DNA of 64,000 nucleotides from Candidatus Obscuribacteraceae bacterium. Lineage in GTDB: Bacteria; Cyanobacteriota; Vampirovibrionia; Obscuribacterales; Obscuribacteraceae. A program made the translations under genes and the position numbers. The first letter of the stretch is position 1, and each line of letters starts with the position of its first letter. Below, piece by piece: positions 9,753 to 18,646 of the stretch. The notes under the pieces were generated by a model. The model searched no databases. It saw only the letters and a program-made list of their open reading frames with translations, and was not told the DNA's origin. Location: assembly GCA_044226015.1 (NCBI GenBank), contig JBGAHS010000001.1, forward strand, positions 96,001 to 160,000, read 5' to 3'.

Positions 9753-10385
9753 TTGACTCGTCAACCCGACTTTGTGAATTTCAGCTTCTATTTTGATATG
9801 TCCATCGAAAGCGTTGATTTTTCCTTATTGCCTCTTCGCGAGATGTTTGAACTGACTGCGACGAATTTTTCTGTCGCTGCTTTTCGTGTGGAATGTGAAA
9901 AATTCGCGCAGTTTGATGCGCAAAACTCTGATGAAGATCTCCTGCAGATGCAGATTAGCGATGGTATCTTCATGCAAGTTCCGCTCTCCTGCGGAATGCA
10001 CAGTAAGGGTTCGGAACTTCCATTGAAACTGTCCACGGTAAATGCTGGTATTACATCCGTGCTTTGGTGGGACTCTTATGCTGAAACTAACTCGCCGAGC
10101 TATTCGTTTGAGCACAATTTGTTCAATGGAAAATATAACGAGCTGTTAGTCAAAGCTAAGTCTGCTCTTGGCGACCCGTCGTTTGAAGGGCAAAATCAAG
10201 ATGCAATGGCACATAAGTTTGCTTTTTGGCGTGGAAAAAATGGACTGTTCGTTGTCCAGCAAAGCGCTTTTGATCTTCAGTTTGGTTACGACATAAATCT
10301 CTGGGTTCAACCATGGACTGGTCCAAATCCAGAGCCTGGCAAGCTGTTTATCGATGTTCTCACTGAGCGTCTTAGAGATTTGTGA
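9753..10385 (+). CDS. hypothetical protein (start possibly ATG 9798)
   Basis: 210-aa ORF with protein-like composition and no recognised motif. Confidence 0.65.
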   Translation: MTRQPDFVNFSFYFDMSIESVDFSLLPLREMFELTATNFSVAAFRVECEKFAQFDAQNSDEDLLQMQISDGIFMQVPLSCGMHSKGSELPLKLSTVNAGITSVLWWDSYAETNSPSYSFEHNLFNGKYNELLVKAKSALGDPSFEGQNQDAMAHKFAFWRGKNGLFVVQQSAFDLQFGYDINLWVQPWTGPNPEPGKLFIDVLTERLRDL

Positions 10386-10522
10386 TGCTCAGTGTTTGTG
10401 ATGCGTTCAGTGTTTGTGATGCGTTCAGTGTTTGTGATGCGTTCAGAGATTTGTGATGCGTTCAGAGATTTGTGATGCGTTCAGAGATTTGTGATGCGTT
10501 CCAGAGATTTGTGACGCCTTCC
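10374..10522. repeat. tandem repeat, 8 units of 17-20 bp, core TTTGTGATGCGTTC
   Basis: Units AG(A/T)G(A)TTTGTGATGCGTTC(C) read directly, with no spacers. Confidence 0.95.
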
Positions 10523-10542
10523 AGTTGTTTGTAATTGACTTA

Positions 10543-10953
10543 CTATGCTTTCTTCGGTTTCTTCTTCGTTGCATCGTTATGCGCAACTGCATTTCCAATC
10601 AACTTCTTGAAAGCTTTCTCTTTGAGCTTCTCACCTTCACGAATATCAATCGCTCTTCTTGTGTTGCCTTCCAGGCTTGAGTTAAATAGCCCATCAGGGT
10701 CTTCAAGCGCAGCTCCTTTTGCAAACGTCAATTTGACCACGGCTTTATAGCTTTCGCCTGTGCAAATAATTCCCGAATGCGACCATACTGGCACCTGCCA
10801 TTTCCATTCTTCGAGAATTTCTGGGTCAGCTTCCTTTATTAGTTTTCGAATTTGCGAGAGTGTTTCTCCGCGCCAATCATTCAGCTCTTCTATTCGTTTA
10901 TCTATCAGAGCCGATGCATCTTCTGGCACAGCTGGTCCGCTTACTTTTTTCAT
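10543..10953 (-). CDS. DUF1801 (YdhG-like) protein
   Basis: DWRGETLSQIRKLIKEADPEILEEWKW..PVWSHSGIICTGE..KLTFAKGAALEDP..LFNSSLEGNTRRAID is typical of the family. Confidence 0.9.
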   Translation of the reverse strand: MKKVSGPAVPEDASALIDKRIEELNDWRGETLSQIRKLIKEADPEILEEWKWQVPVWSHSGIICTGESYKAVVKLTFAKGAALEDPDGLFNSSLEGNTRRAIDIREGEKLKEKAFKKLIGNAVAHNDATKKKPKKA

Positions 10954-11027
10954 TTATTTTCTCTTGGGCAGAACACTGAGCTAACCGGAAAGAACAAATT
11001 ATCTCACATTAACTCACTTCCGCTGCA

Positions 11028-12446
11028 TCATGTTTGCAGCTGAGCTGCATGTTTTGACACAGGTGTTTTCTCGCTTGGGTTTTGGAATCGACCATAAGCA
11101 GCAAGAACTGTTTCGAGCATAGGCAACATTCTTGTGACTTGCCTGGTGCGAATGAGTAAGTCCCAAATTGGTTCGAACTTTTTCCATCCACCAGCATAAG
11201 ACAAGTGTCTTAGTTGTGCATGGAAATCATCTTTGCCCGCAGCACTTTTGAATAAATTTGCCCACGAATAGAATTCACGGTACGCCCTCCAATAGCCGGC
11301 TTCAAGCGCTTCTGCGCTGAGCTTCGCTGGCTTGTAGACTACATGTCTGGTGTCGTACAAGTCCCAATTGTTATGGACAATTCTGTTTTCTGCCATCATT
11401 CGATTGTGCAATTCAGTGCTCGGGTATGGCGTCATGATGTGGAAAGTCGCAGTTTCTATGCTGTTCTCGACAGCCCAGTTAACAGTGCGGCTGAATACAG
11501 TTTCGTCATCATTGTCCATGCCGAATACAAAGCTTCCATTTACCATGATGCCGCAGTCGTGAACTCGCTTGATTGCCTCGCCGTAATCGCGATTAAGATT
11601 CTGATATTTGTCGTGCTCTGTGAGATTGCCAGGATCAAGCGTTTCGAAACCAACAAAGACGCTGCGCATTCCAGCTTTTGCGGCTTTCTCCAGAAGCTTA
11701 GGTTTTAAGATTGCTTGTACAGTTGATGCGCCCTGGAAAACCTTGCCCATTCCGACCATGCCTTCAAACAGCGCAGTCGCGAAGCGCTCATTTCCAAGCA
11801 AATGGTCGTCTAGAAAATAGATATGCTTTCCGGGGAGTTTTTCGATTTCTGCAAGAGCGTCGTCTACCGCTTGTGTATAGAATGATCGCCCTCCGGCATA
11901 GAATGCTTCTTTGTAACAAAAATCGCACGTGTGTGGACAGCCTCGTGATACCACAATCGAATTCGGACAGAGATATCGTTCGCGTTTAATCAGGTCTCGG
12001 CGAATTGCTGGTTTGTCCTTTAGTGTGCGAACTGTTGAAATGTATCTCTTCTCTGGACGTTTCGCTCGAAAATCGGCAAGGAATTTTGGCCAGGCGTCTC
12101 CAGCTGGTCCGAGCATTATTGTGTCTGCGTGCTCTGCCGCTTCGTCGGGGAGTGACGTTACGTGCAAGCCACCCATCACGACATAGCAGCCCTTTTTCCG
12201 GTAATGGTCGGCAATTTTGTATGAGCGAAAAGCCGAGGTGATGTAAGCCTGAATCACAACGAGATCAGGCTCATCGTCCAGCGATAGCTCTTCCACATGC
12301 TCGTCCACAAGCTCAATCTCGTCTTCATCATTAAGATAAGCTGCTAAAGTAGCAAGTCCAAGAGGCGGGAAAAGAGAGTATTTTATTGGGCGAAAAAACG
12401 GACTTTTTGCTTCTGTCAGAGCGGACAGAATCATTTTAACTTTCAT
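11028..12446 (-). CDS. B12-binding radical SAM protein
   Basis: PPLGLATLAA and GGLHVT cobalamin-binding region, SRGCPHTCDFC (CxxxCxxC), TPYPST. Confidence 0.95.
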   Translation of the reverse strand: MKVKMILSALTEAKSPFFRPIKYSLFPPLGLATLAAYLNDEDEIELVDEHVEELSLDDEPDLVVIQAYITSAFRSYKIADHYRKKGCYVVMGGLHVTSLPDEAAEHADTIMLGPAGDAWPKFLADFRAKRPEKRYISTVRTLKDKPAIRRDLIKRERYLCPNSIVVSRGCPHTCDFCYKEAFYAGGRSFYTQAVDDALAEIEKLPGKHIYFLDDHLLGNERFATALFEGMVGMGKVFQGASTVQAILKPKLLEKAAKAGMRSVFVGFETLDPGNLTEHDKYQNLNRDYGEAIKRVHDCGIMVNGSFVFGMDNDDETVFSRTVNWAVENSIETATFHIMTPYPSTELHNRMMAENRIVHNNWDLYDTRHVVYKPAKLSAEALEAGYWRAYREFYSWANLFKSAAGKDDFHAQLRHLSYAGGWKKFEPIWDLLIRTRQVTRMLPMLETVLAAYGRFQNPSEKTPVSKHAAQLQT

Positions 12447-12507
12447 GTGAGAACCTCATGGGTGTCATTTACATACCCAGGTCGCATGCGCAAGTTTTAC
12501 TGCAGAA

Positions 12508-13506
12508 TTAATTCGAGCTGTCGGGTTTGATATCGCGCCAGTTTTTTCCGGCATCTGCCAATTTACCTTTGGTGGTTTCAATCCAGTTGGACGTTATGCG
12601 ATATTCGAAGCTATCTTTCTCTTCGCAATTTAGCATAACCCACTCAAATTTCGCAAATGCCTTTTCATACTCATGTTTTGAAAACTCGTTCATCGCGGCG
12701 TAAGCGTAGGCCAGTACGCGATTTGTTTTGTTTTCGCTCGCGTTTTGTAACAGCTGATCAAAGCTGATTTTACCGTTTAAGTATTCAATGATTGGAACTG
12801 GAAATGTTCGGTCGTGAGCCTCGGCAAGCGCCTTCTTTAGCACTGCGTCAGCTTCATCATTTTGTCCCTGGCAGCGATGCGCTATGCTAGAAAAAATTGC
12901 GGCATACGCCCAGCGATAGTGGTGCCATTTTGTTCGATTTAGATATTCGTCGAATGATTTAGCAGCACCTTCGAAATCAGATATTATCAATTTTTCTTTG
13001 CCAGTGGAATAAGAAGCCACCGTAAGAGCATCACGTAGGTACTTCTTCATTGCTTGGGTTCCAGCAGCACCTAGATGGTCTGAAATCTTGCTTCCAGTGG
13101 GTACTGTCACAACAATTGTAGGAAAAGCTTCCACATTGAATTGATCTTCAAGTGATTGAATTCGCGATGCATTCTTGCCATTCTCCCGTTTCTTATCAAC
13201 CACTTTTATAGGAATGAATTCGTTATTGAGAAGTGCCACCACATCTTTAGACTGAAATGCAGTTTTGTTCATCTGAATGCAGGGGTCGCACCATTCAGCA
13301 GTGAAATCGTAAAAGAATAGTTTGTTTCCGTGTCGCTCAGTCTCCGTTATTTGCTCTGGAGTTCGCCATTGTATCTCTGCGCTGGCTACAGGAGGGTTTA
13401 TAGATTCGACGATAGTCATTCCACAGCGAAGTGCCACAAAAAGGAACGTGCTTATCAGCAGCCACATCGGTGTGGAGGTGGCTGAAACTGCGTCAATCTT
13501 CACCAT
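12508..13506 (-). CDS. membrane-anchored thioredoxin-fold protein with TPR-like C-terminus
   Basis: N-terminal hydrophobic segment, DFTAEWCDPC, cis-Pro motif AFPT, helical C-terminal repeats. Confidence 0.85.
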   Translation of the reverse strand: MVKIDAVSATSTPMWLLISTFLFVALRCGMTIVESINPPVASAEIQWRTPEQITETERHGNKLFFYDFTAEWCDPCIQMNKTAFQSKDVVALLNNEFIPIKVVDKKRENGKNASRIQSLEDQFNVEAFPTIVVTVPTGSKISDHLGAAGTQAMKKYLRDALTVASYSTGKEKLIISDFEGAAKSFDEYLNRTKWHHYRWAYAAIFSSIAHRCQGQNDEADAVLKKALAEAHDRTFPVPIIEYLNGKISFDQLLQNASENKTNRVLAYAYAAMNEFSKHEYEKAFAKFEWVMLNCEEKDSFEYRITSNWIETTKGKLADAGKNWRDIKPDSSN

Positions 13507-14272
13507 AGGAAAACTCCCTGCGATTCAGCAATACTGTTGCAAGAAACAGATACAACAGAAGATTGGAAAGATAGACAACAATGGGAAGGAAAGAGAATCG
13601 CGTACTATTGAACACCTCATAAATATCAATGCCGGGGTACACGAACTGCTGCAAGAAATTTGCAAGGAAAGAAATGCCCTTGAAAAAGTAATAAGCAACT
13701 GGAAGTGTTGCTTCGTAATTGCTCATTGAGAAATTCAAAGCCGGGCTTATAAGAGATGCGTAAACAAGAATAATGAAGACTGTTACGCCCAGGCGCATCG
13801 GAAACGAACGAATCACCACCATTAGCGCTGAGTAACTGAGCGCATTCAGGGCAAGGTTGGCCATGTTCCAGCCATCGGTTGGTGCAAGGGTGCTGCGCGA
13901 CTGCAGTGTCTGTGCAAAATTGAACACTAATATATCCATCAGCATGATTATGAAAACGCCAGCGGAGCCAGCGAGCCATTTGCTAATGATGTATTGCGAA
14001 CGTGCCAGCGGTCGCGAAAAAAGCAGAGAGAGATATTCTCCATCGTTCATTTGACGCGTGTTAGCTACGTTGTCTTGAATGAAGGTATAGCTGATGCCCA
14101 TAGCTAGAGTCGGACCACTGACTAAGGCGATCATTGCATCAGCTGTCTTACCATCTATCGCTATGGTGCTTATGAAGAGAGGCACTACCACAGCTAAAAA
14201 CAGCAGCCCTAAAATGGATGCCAGGTTGCTGAATTTTGCAATTAAAGTGAATAGGAAAACTGCTTGGCTCAT
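13493..14272 (-). CDS. ABC-2 type transporter permease
   Basis: About six TM segments, GEYLSLLFSRPLARSQYIISKWL motif, ends NRREF. Confidence 0.88.
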   Translation of the reverse strand: MSQAVFLFTLIAKFSNLASILGLLFLAVVVPLFISTIAIDGKTADAMIALVSGPTLAMGISYTFIQDNVANTRQMNDGEYLSLLFSRPLARSQYIISKWLAGSAGVFIIMLMDILVFNFAQTLQSRSTLAPTDGWNMANLALNALSYSALMVVIRSFPMRLGVTVFIILVYASLISPALNFSMSNYEATLPVAYYFFKGISFLANFLQQFVYPGIDIYEVFNSTRFSFLPIVVYLSNLLLYLFLATVLLNRREFSYGED

Positions 14273-15222
14273 TTGCCATTTCCCTCATCTTTGTGCATGG
14301 AAATGAATATGTCTTCAAGTCCACGTTTTTCTTGAAACACTTCTTCCACCGCAACCTGGTTTTGCACAAGGGCTTGTACAAGTTTTACTTTATCGGTGTT
14401 CGATTGCAAGCGAAATCGAATTATTGGCTCAACTACATCTAAAAGGTCTGCACCGAGATTTTTCGCTACGGCTTCCAGAGTCTCTATGCTCGCCATCGGC
14501 TGCAGTTCGCTGCAGCGGACCACCACAATAAGTTGTGCTTCGGCAATAGAAGATAATCGCTCGATTTGCTGAATTTTTCCGCCTTTGATGAATGCGACAC
14601 GGTCACACACACGCTCTAGTTCATCAAGATGATGGGAATTCAAAACTATGGTGATTTTTTGTTTCTTCCATGAAAGAAGCATGTTGCGCAGAAGATTTGC
14701 GCCGAGTGGATCCATTCCAGAGCCTGGCTCATCAAGAAAACAAAGTCGTGGTTGACCAAGCAACATCTGTGCAAGTCCCAGACGTTGTAGCATGCCTCGG
14801 GAAAACTTTTTGATGCCACGATTCCATGCTGCTGGGTCGAGTTCTACTGTTCGTAATGCTGCTTCAATCTCTTCCTTAGCGAGATTATTTGGGCGCTTTG
14901 CGAGCATGTGGTGATAATGCATGAACTGTTTTGCGGTCATCCACGCATCGAAATTCGGGCGCTCAGGTAAAAATGCGCATTGCTGTTTGACCTTCAGATT
15001 ATCTGGCGGTTCGCCAAAAATGTGAATCGTACCCGAACTTGGTCGCAAGAGGGTTAGCATGCACCCCATAAGCGTCGTTTTTCCTGCACCGTTAGGTCCG
15101 ATAAGCCCAAAGACTTCACCTTCTGCAATCTCTAGATTGATGTCGTCAAGCGCCCTCACCCGCCCTCTTTGATAGGTTTTGCGAAGGTTTTCGATTTTTA
15201 TGCAGGGAAGAGAATCTGTCAT
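14269..15222 (-). CDS. ABC transporter ATP-binding protein
   Basis: Walker A GPNGAGKTT, signature FSRGMLQR, Walker B CFLDEP, SHH switch. Confidence 0.96.
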   Translation of the reverse strand: MTDSLPCIKIENLRKTYQRGRVRALDDINLEIAEGEVFGLIGPNGAGKTTLMGCMLTLLRPSSGTIHIFGEPPDNLKVKQQCAFLPERPNFDAWMTAKQFMHYHHMLAKRPNNLAKEEIEAALRTVELDPAAWNRGIKKFSRGMLQRLGLAQMLLGQPRLCFLDEPGSGMDPLGANLLRNMLLSWKKQKITIVLNSHHLDELERVCDRVAFIKGGKIQQIERLSSIAEAQLIVVVRCSELQPMASIETLEAVAKNLGADLLDVVEPIIRFRLQSNTDKVKLVQALVQNQVAVEEVFQEKRGLEDIFISMHKDEGNGK

Positions 15223-15334
15223 AGCATTCAGTTTAGCAAAGCTTTTGCTCGCATAACATCATTGTTCAAGAAACGATCCTTTGACGGCGATTACGCAGTG
15301 GCACCGTAGGCGATACCGTTCTTGTAATGTTATT

Positions 15335-16045
15335 TTATTTGTCGAACTTAATGGCGTATTCCATCAACTTTTCGCCGGCTGCTTTCCTGATTGGCCTAAT
15401 TTCTTTCGAGTTATATGCCGCACTAAACGCATCAAGCTCGGCTTGAGTCTCAGCAGGGTTTTTTACTGCCTTGCGTACATCTAGCTGTTTACCTAGAACC
15501 GATGTGAGCACTATAGGCTTGGTCGCAGTCATTTCGGCGCCGTTAGCCTTCATTGCGAGATTTAAATTGTTTTCTGTGCTGGTGCCGAGCGTCACTATGT
15601 TTTCGCGCCTGAGCGACCCCACAATTTGAGGTCCATTCATAACGTTTTCGCCGAGGTTACCATCTAATAGAGCTAGCTTGAATTTTCTGTTTCCTGCTAT
15701 CGTTATTTCTGCGCCTGAAGCTTCAACACCGGTTAACGGGTTGAGTTTTGAAATGTGTGTCACCCAAGTGACTCTGTGACCTGCTGCTTGCAATGAGTCT
15801 CGCATTGCCATGCCTGCGGAATGAGTGTCTTCGATGATCAGTACGCCCGGTTTCCGTTGAAGAAGGGCAATCGCTGCACCGGCGGCAACCGCAGCTACTA
15901 AACCCGTTCTAACAGGGTGCTCGTAAGCTTCTTTCCACAATGATGATAATGCGCTGTTGCTGCCATCATCATTATCATGAGAAATCAACTCTGATTTGCT
16001 CAAAGTTAATTTTGAATCTGCCGTTTCAGTATTTTTATTCGACAT
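15335..16045 (-). CDS. receiver (REC) domain protein with N-terminal hydrophobic anchor
   Basis: VLIIED, LALLDGNL (phospho-acceptor Asp), NGPQI, GTST, TKP. Preceded by GLVAAVAAGAAIALL. Confidence 0.75.
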   Translation of the reverse strand: MSNKNTETADSKLTLSKSELISHDNDDGSNSALSSLWKEAYEHPVRTGLVAAVAAGAAIALLQRKPGVLIIEDTHSAGMAMRDSLQAAGHRVTWVTHISKLNPLTGVEASGAEITIAGNRKFKLALLDGNLGENVMNGPQIVGSLRRENIVTLGTSTENNLNLAMKANGAEMTATKPIVLTSVLGKQLDVRKAVKNPAETQAELDAFSAAYNSKEIRPIRKAAGEKLMEYAIKFDK

Positions 16046-16179
16046 CTCAAACCTGCCCTGCGAGTGTCTCGATTACAGCAGTGTACGCGCAGTCAGTGGC
16101 AGTGGAAGCTCGGTTATTACGTCTGCGTTTAGGGAAAACACGTATGAAGTCCGCTGAGAAATGCTTTATTAAATGGAAA

Positions 16180-16722
16180 TCATACTGTTGTCAGTTCTTC
16201 GCTGAAGAGCTTATCAACCTCATACCAGTCCTTTACCCTCCTATAACCGGTGATTTTGCGGTTGTGCGGAGCGTCAAAAAGAATTCCTGTTCCAGAGAAC
16301 TTGCGGAAGTGTCGTGGGTTATCGTCGATGAGATAGTCGGCTTTGATGATGCTTTTGTCGCCGCAAAAAACAAAATTCATCGGCGAAAGAAAAGGGAAGT
16401 GTTTCAGTAGCCATTTGTATTTGGCTTCGAATGAAAGTGGCACTTCCATTGCTGCTGTTGTGATGAAAATCTCGTGCTCAGCGCTTAACTTTTTTAGCAC
16501 GTCCTGCGAACCCGGCATAACATCAAGGTCTGCAAAAAAGTCATAGGTGTGGACCATTTTTGTCGCCTCATCCCAATGCTCTCTGGGAATGACGTGATGG
16601 AAGTGTTGCCCATTAAAATGGTCGTGACTGAGGGAGGCATTGAATTTCTGATTGTAGCGGTTGATGTGTTCGCTGAGTGCATCTGCGATGACTTCGTCCA
16701 TGTCAACAGCTATCCTGAACAT
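16180..16722 (-). CDS. 5'(3')-deoxyribonucleotidase, NT5C/HAD family
   Basis: DMDEVIAD, KYKWLLKHFPF, DYLIDD, APHN. GGAGG RBS before ATG 16722. Confidence 0.93.
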   Translation of the reverse strand: MFRIAVDMDEVIADALSEHINRYNQKFNASLSHDHFNGQHFHHVIPREHWDEATKMVHTYDFFADLDVMPGSQDVLKKLSAEHEIFITTAAMEVPLSFEAKYKWLLKHFPFLSPMNFVFCGDKSIIKADYLIDDNPRHFRKFSGTGILFDAPHNRKITGYRRVKDWYEVDKLFSEELTTV

Positions 16723-16888
16723 TTGAACCTCCAACAAGCGAGACTAACCAGGTCTAAACAGCATCTAGCATATACCGGAACATAGGCAAAGGTAAGTGTC
16801 ATTTATTGGTGACTTTGCCTTCGATAGGTGGGAGAATTAGGACAGATTCCGCCGCTTCTTTCTGATGCTATGCCGCGAGGGAAATTTT

Positions 16889-17275
16889 ATGGAGTTTTTG
16901 ATTCGCGCTGGGGTGTTCGCATTTGGCTTATTTGTGCTCTTCGTCGTCATGTGCGTTAGCTGCACAAGTATTCCGCAAGGCGAAAAAACGCAGTCCTTTT
17001 CCGAAGTCGTACAACAGTTGAATCGCTTGAACTCCGTTACACACAATACCAACCCCAATACCGTTCAAGCGGACAAATCAGCAAATCCGATTAATTCTGA
17101 AAATGCAAATGGTGCTAGCGTGAGATCCAATTCTAGTGGCTCCAGCTCAAGTACCAATTCTAGTGGCTCCAGCTCAAGTACCAATTCCGGTGGCTCCATT
17201 AACACATCTATTTCGCCGCTTGATTCGAAAACTGCTGGCACCGCTGATGGTGGCACCGGCTCGGCTCGTAAATAG
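16889..17275 (+). CDS. putative lipoprotein with Ser/Asn-rich tail
   Basis: GAGGGA before ATG 16889, hydrophobic leader ending CVS-C, low-complexity tail. Confidence 0.65.
   Translation: MEFLIRAGVFAFGLFVLFVVMCVSCTSIPQGEKTQSFSEVVQQLNRLNSVTHNTNPNTVQADKSANPINSENANGASVRSNSSGSSSSTNSSGSSSSTNSGGSINTSISPLDSKTAGTADGGTGSARK
17127..17198 (+). repeat. 27-bp coding tandem repeat (2 full copies + 1 partial)
   Basis: CCAATTCTAGTGGCTCCAGCTCAAGTA at 17127 and 17154, partial copy at 17181. Confidence 0.95.
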
Positions 17276-17391
17276 GACTAAAGGTCCTCAGTTGGGACTT
17301 CATCAGATCTCAATTGTGCAGTCTTTATTCACGAAGAACTCACGAACTTTTCAGTAATCTTCTTTCAGAAGTTGGGCTGGAGGATGGAGTT

Positions 17392-18630
17392 GTGTCGACT
17401 GAACGGAAAGCAGAAGGATTTGCACCTGAGCCTCAAGTGGGTGAGCAGGCGAGCCGCCTTTCGGAAGAAGTGCTATCGCGCAACGCCAGTGTAGTGCGTT
17501 CGGACAGAGTCGCCCTTATGCAGGATGTTCCTAAGCATTTTGATGGTGCGAACAAATTTGAAATTGTTGACCAGAATTCAGAGGGCAAAGGCAGTCATCC
17601 ATGGGATTCTCCAGCTGACTCTACTGAGAGCCTCAAGGTTGACTCTGCTCGCCGGTCCGAAGGTTTACGAGTTGAGCTGAATGGCTCGGCGCCGCAACAT
17701 GTTTATGGTGTCCTTGATGATGTCCTGAAAGTAACAGCTGCGGAATCGAATTATATTGGAAACAACATCGATGCGGCGGGTCGCTGGGCTGTAGCTAACC
17801 CGGGGAAGACTGCTCTTGGAACTGCTGTTATTGCCGGGGGCATAGTCGCCGCACCTTTGGTCGGCGGCGCCATCGCTGCCACCGAAATCGGAGCAGGGGC
17901 TTTAGCTATTGGTGGTGAATTGTTTTTAGGCGCTAACGCAGGGCTGGGTCTTGGGTGTAGCCTGGCAGCTATAGCTCGTGGCGCCAATGGACTTGTACGC
18001 GAAAACCATCTTGGTGATTTGCTCAAACTTGATTATGATGACCCGAACAACAAGCAAGCAGTCAAAGCAGCACAAGAAAAAGTAGGTGCTGATATCTTCA
18101 ATGTTGGGGTTGGTGGTATCGCTGCGATAGGAATTAATGTTGCCTTGCGTGGTGCCAGGGTGGTGGAGGGCGCCGCTGCGGGCGGTTCAGAAGCGTCCAT
18201 AGTTTCAGATGGAGCTGCTGCAAAATTGGTCAGAAATGATTCCGCCGTTGCTACAGTGCTTCCGGAACAAACTTTAACGCCAAAGGATGCTCTAAATGAG
18301 GTGCGGACCAGGGTATTAGCTCTTTCTTCTGAAGCTCGACGCGGTGGCGATTACGACTCTTACTACAGACCCTTGAGCGAGCTGCAAAAAAGTTTTGACA
18401 GATCTAGATGGTATAACGAGGAGCCGCGTAGTCTGGCTGAACGACTTGAATCTACAGGTCGCTATTGGACAGAAAAATATGGCGATCAAAAATTCTTTGA
18501 TTACGTCAATAAGAGAGAAAACGTCGATAGATTTGAGGAAGTCGGCAGTATCTTGCTTGACGTAGCTCGGCGCATAAATCCGGCAAGCGATTATGCCTCA
18601 AACTGGTCTCTCGGCCTGAGTCATTATTGA
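17392..18630 (+). CDS. hypothetical protein with glycine-zipper hydrophobic helices
   Basis: GGAGG/GGAG before GTG 17392 (ORF is open from 17314). Long Gly/Ala hydrophobic stretch. Confidence 0.75.
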   Translation: MSTERKAEGFAPEPQVGEQASRLSEEVLSRNASVVRSDRVALMQDVPKHFDGANKFEIVDQNSEGKGSHPWDSPADSTESLKVDSARRSEGLRVELNGSAPQHVYGVLDDVLKVTAAESNYIGNNIDAAGRWAVANPGKTALGTAVIAGGIVAAPLVGGAIAATEIGAGALAIGGELFLGANAGLGLGCSLAAIARGANGLVRENHLGDLLKLDYDDPNNKQAVKAAQEKVGADIFNVGVGGIAAIGINVALRGARVVEGAAAGGSEASIVSDGAAAKLVRNDSAVATVLPEQTLTPKDALNEVRTRVLALSSEARRGGDYDSYYRPLSELQKSFDRSRWYNEEPRSLAERLESTGRYWTEKYGDQKFFDYVNKRENVDRFEEVGSILLDVARRINPASDYASNWSLGLSHY

Positions 18631-18646
18631 AACGCCCGGGGAAAAC

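Noticed and set aside
10374..10522. CRISPR array
   Set aside because: Units are contiguous with no unique spacers, and no cas genes are present.
11028..15222. RiPP biosynthetic cluster
   Set aside because: No precursor peptide, RRE or peptidase is visible near the radical SAM and ABC genes.
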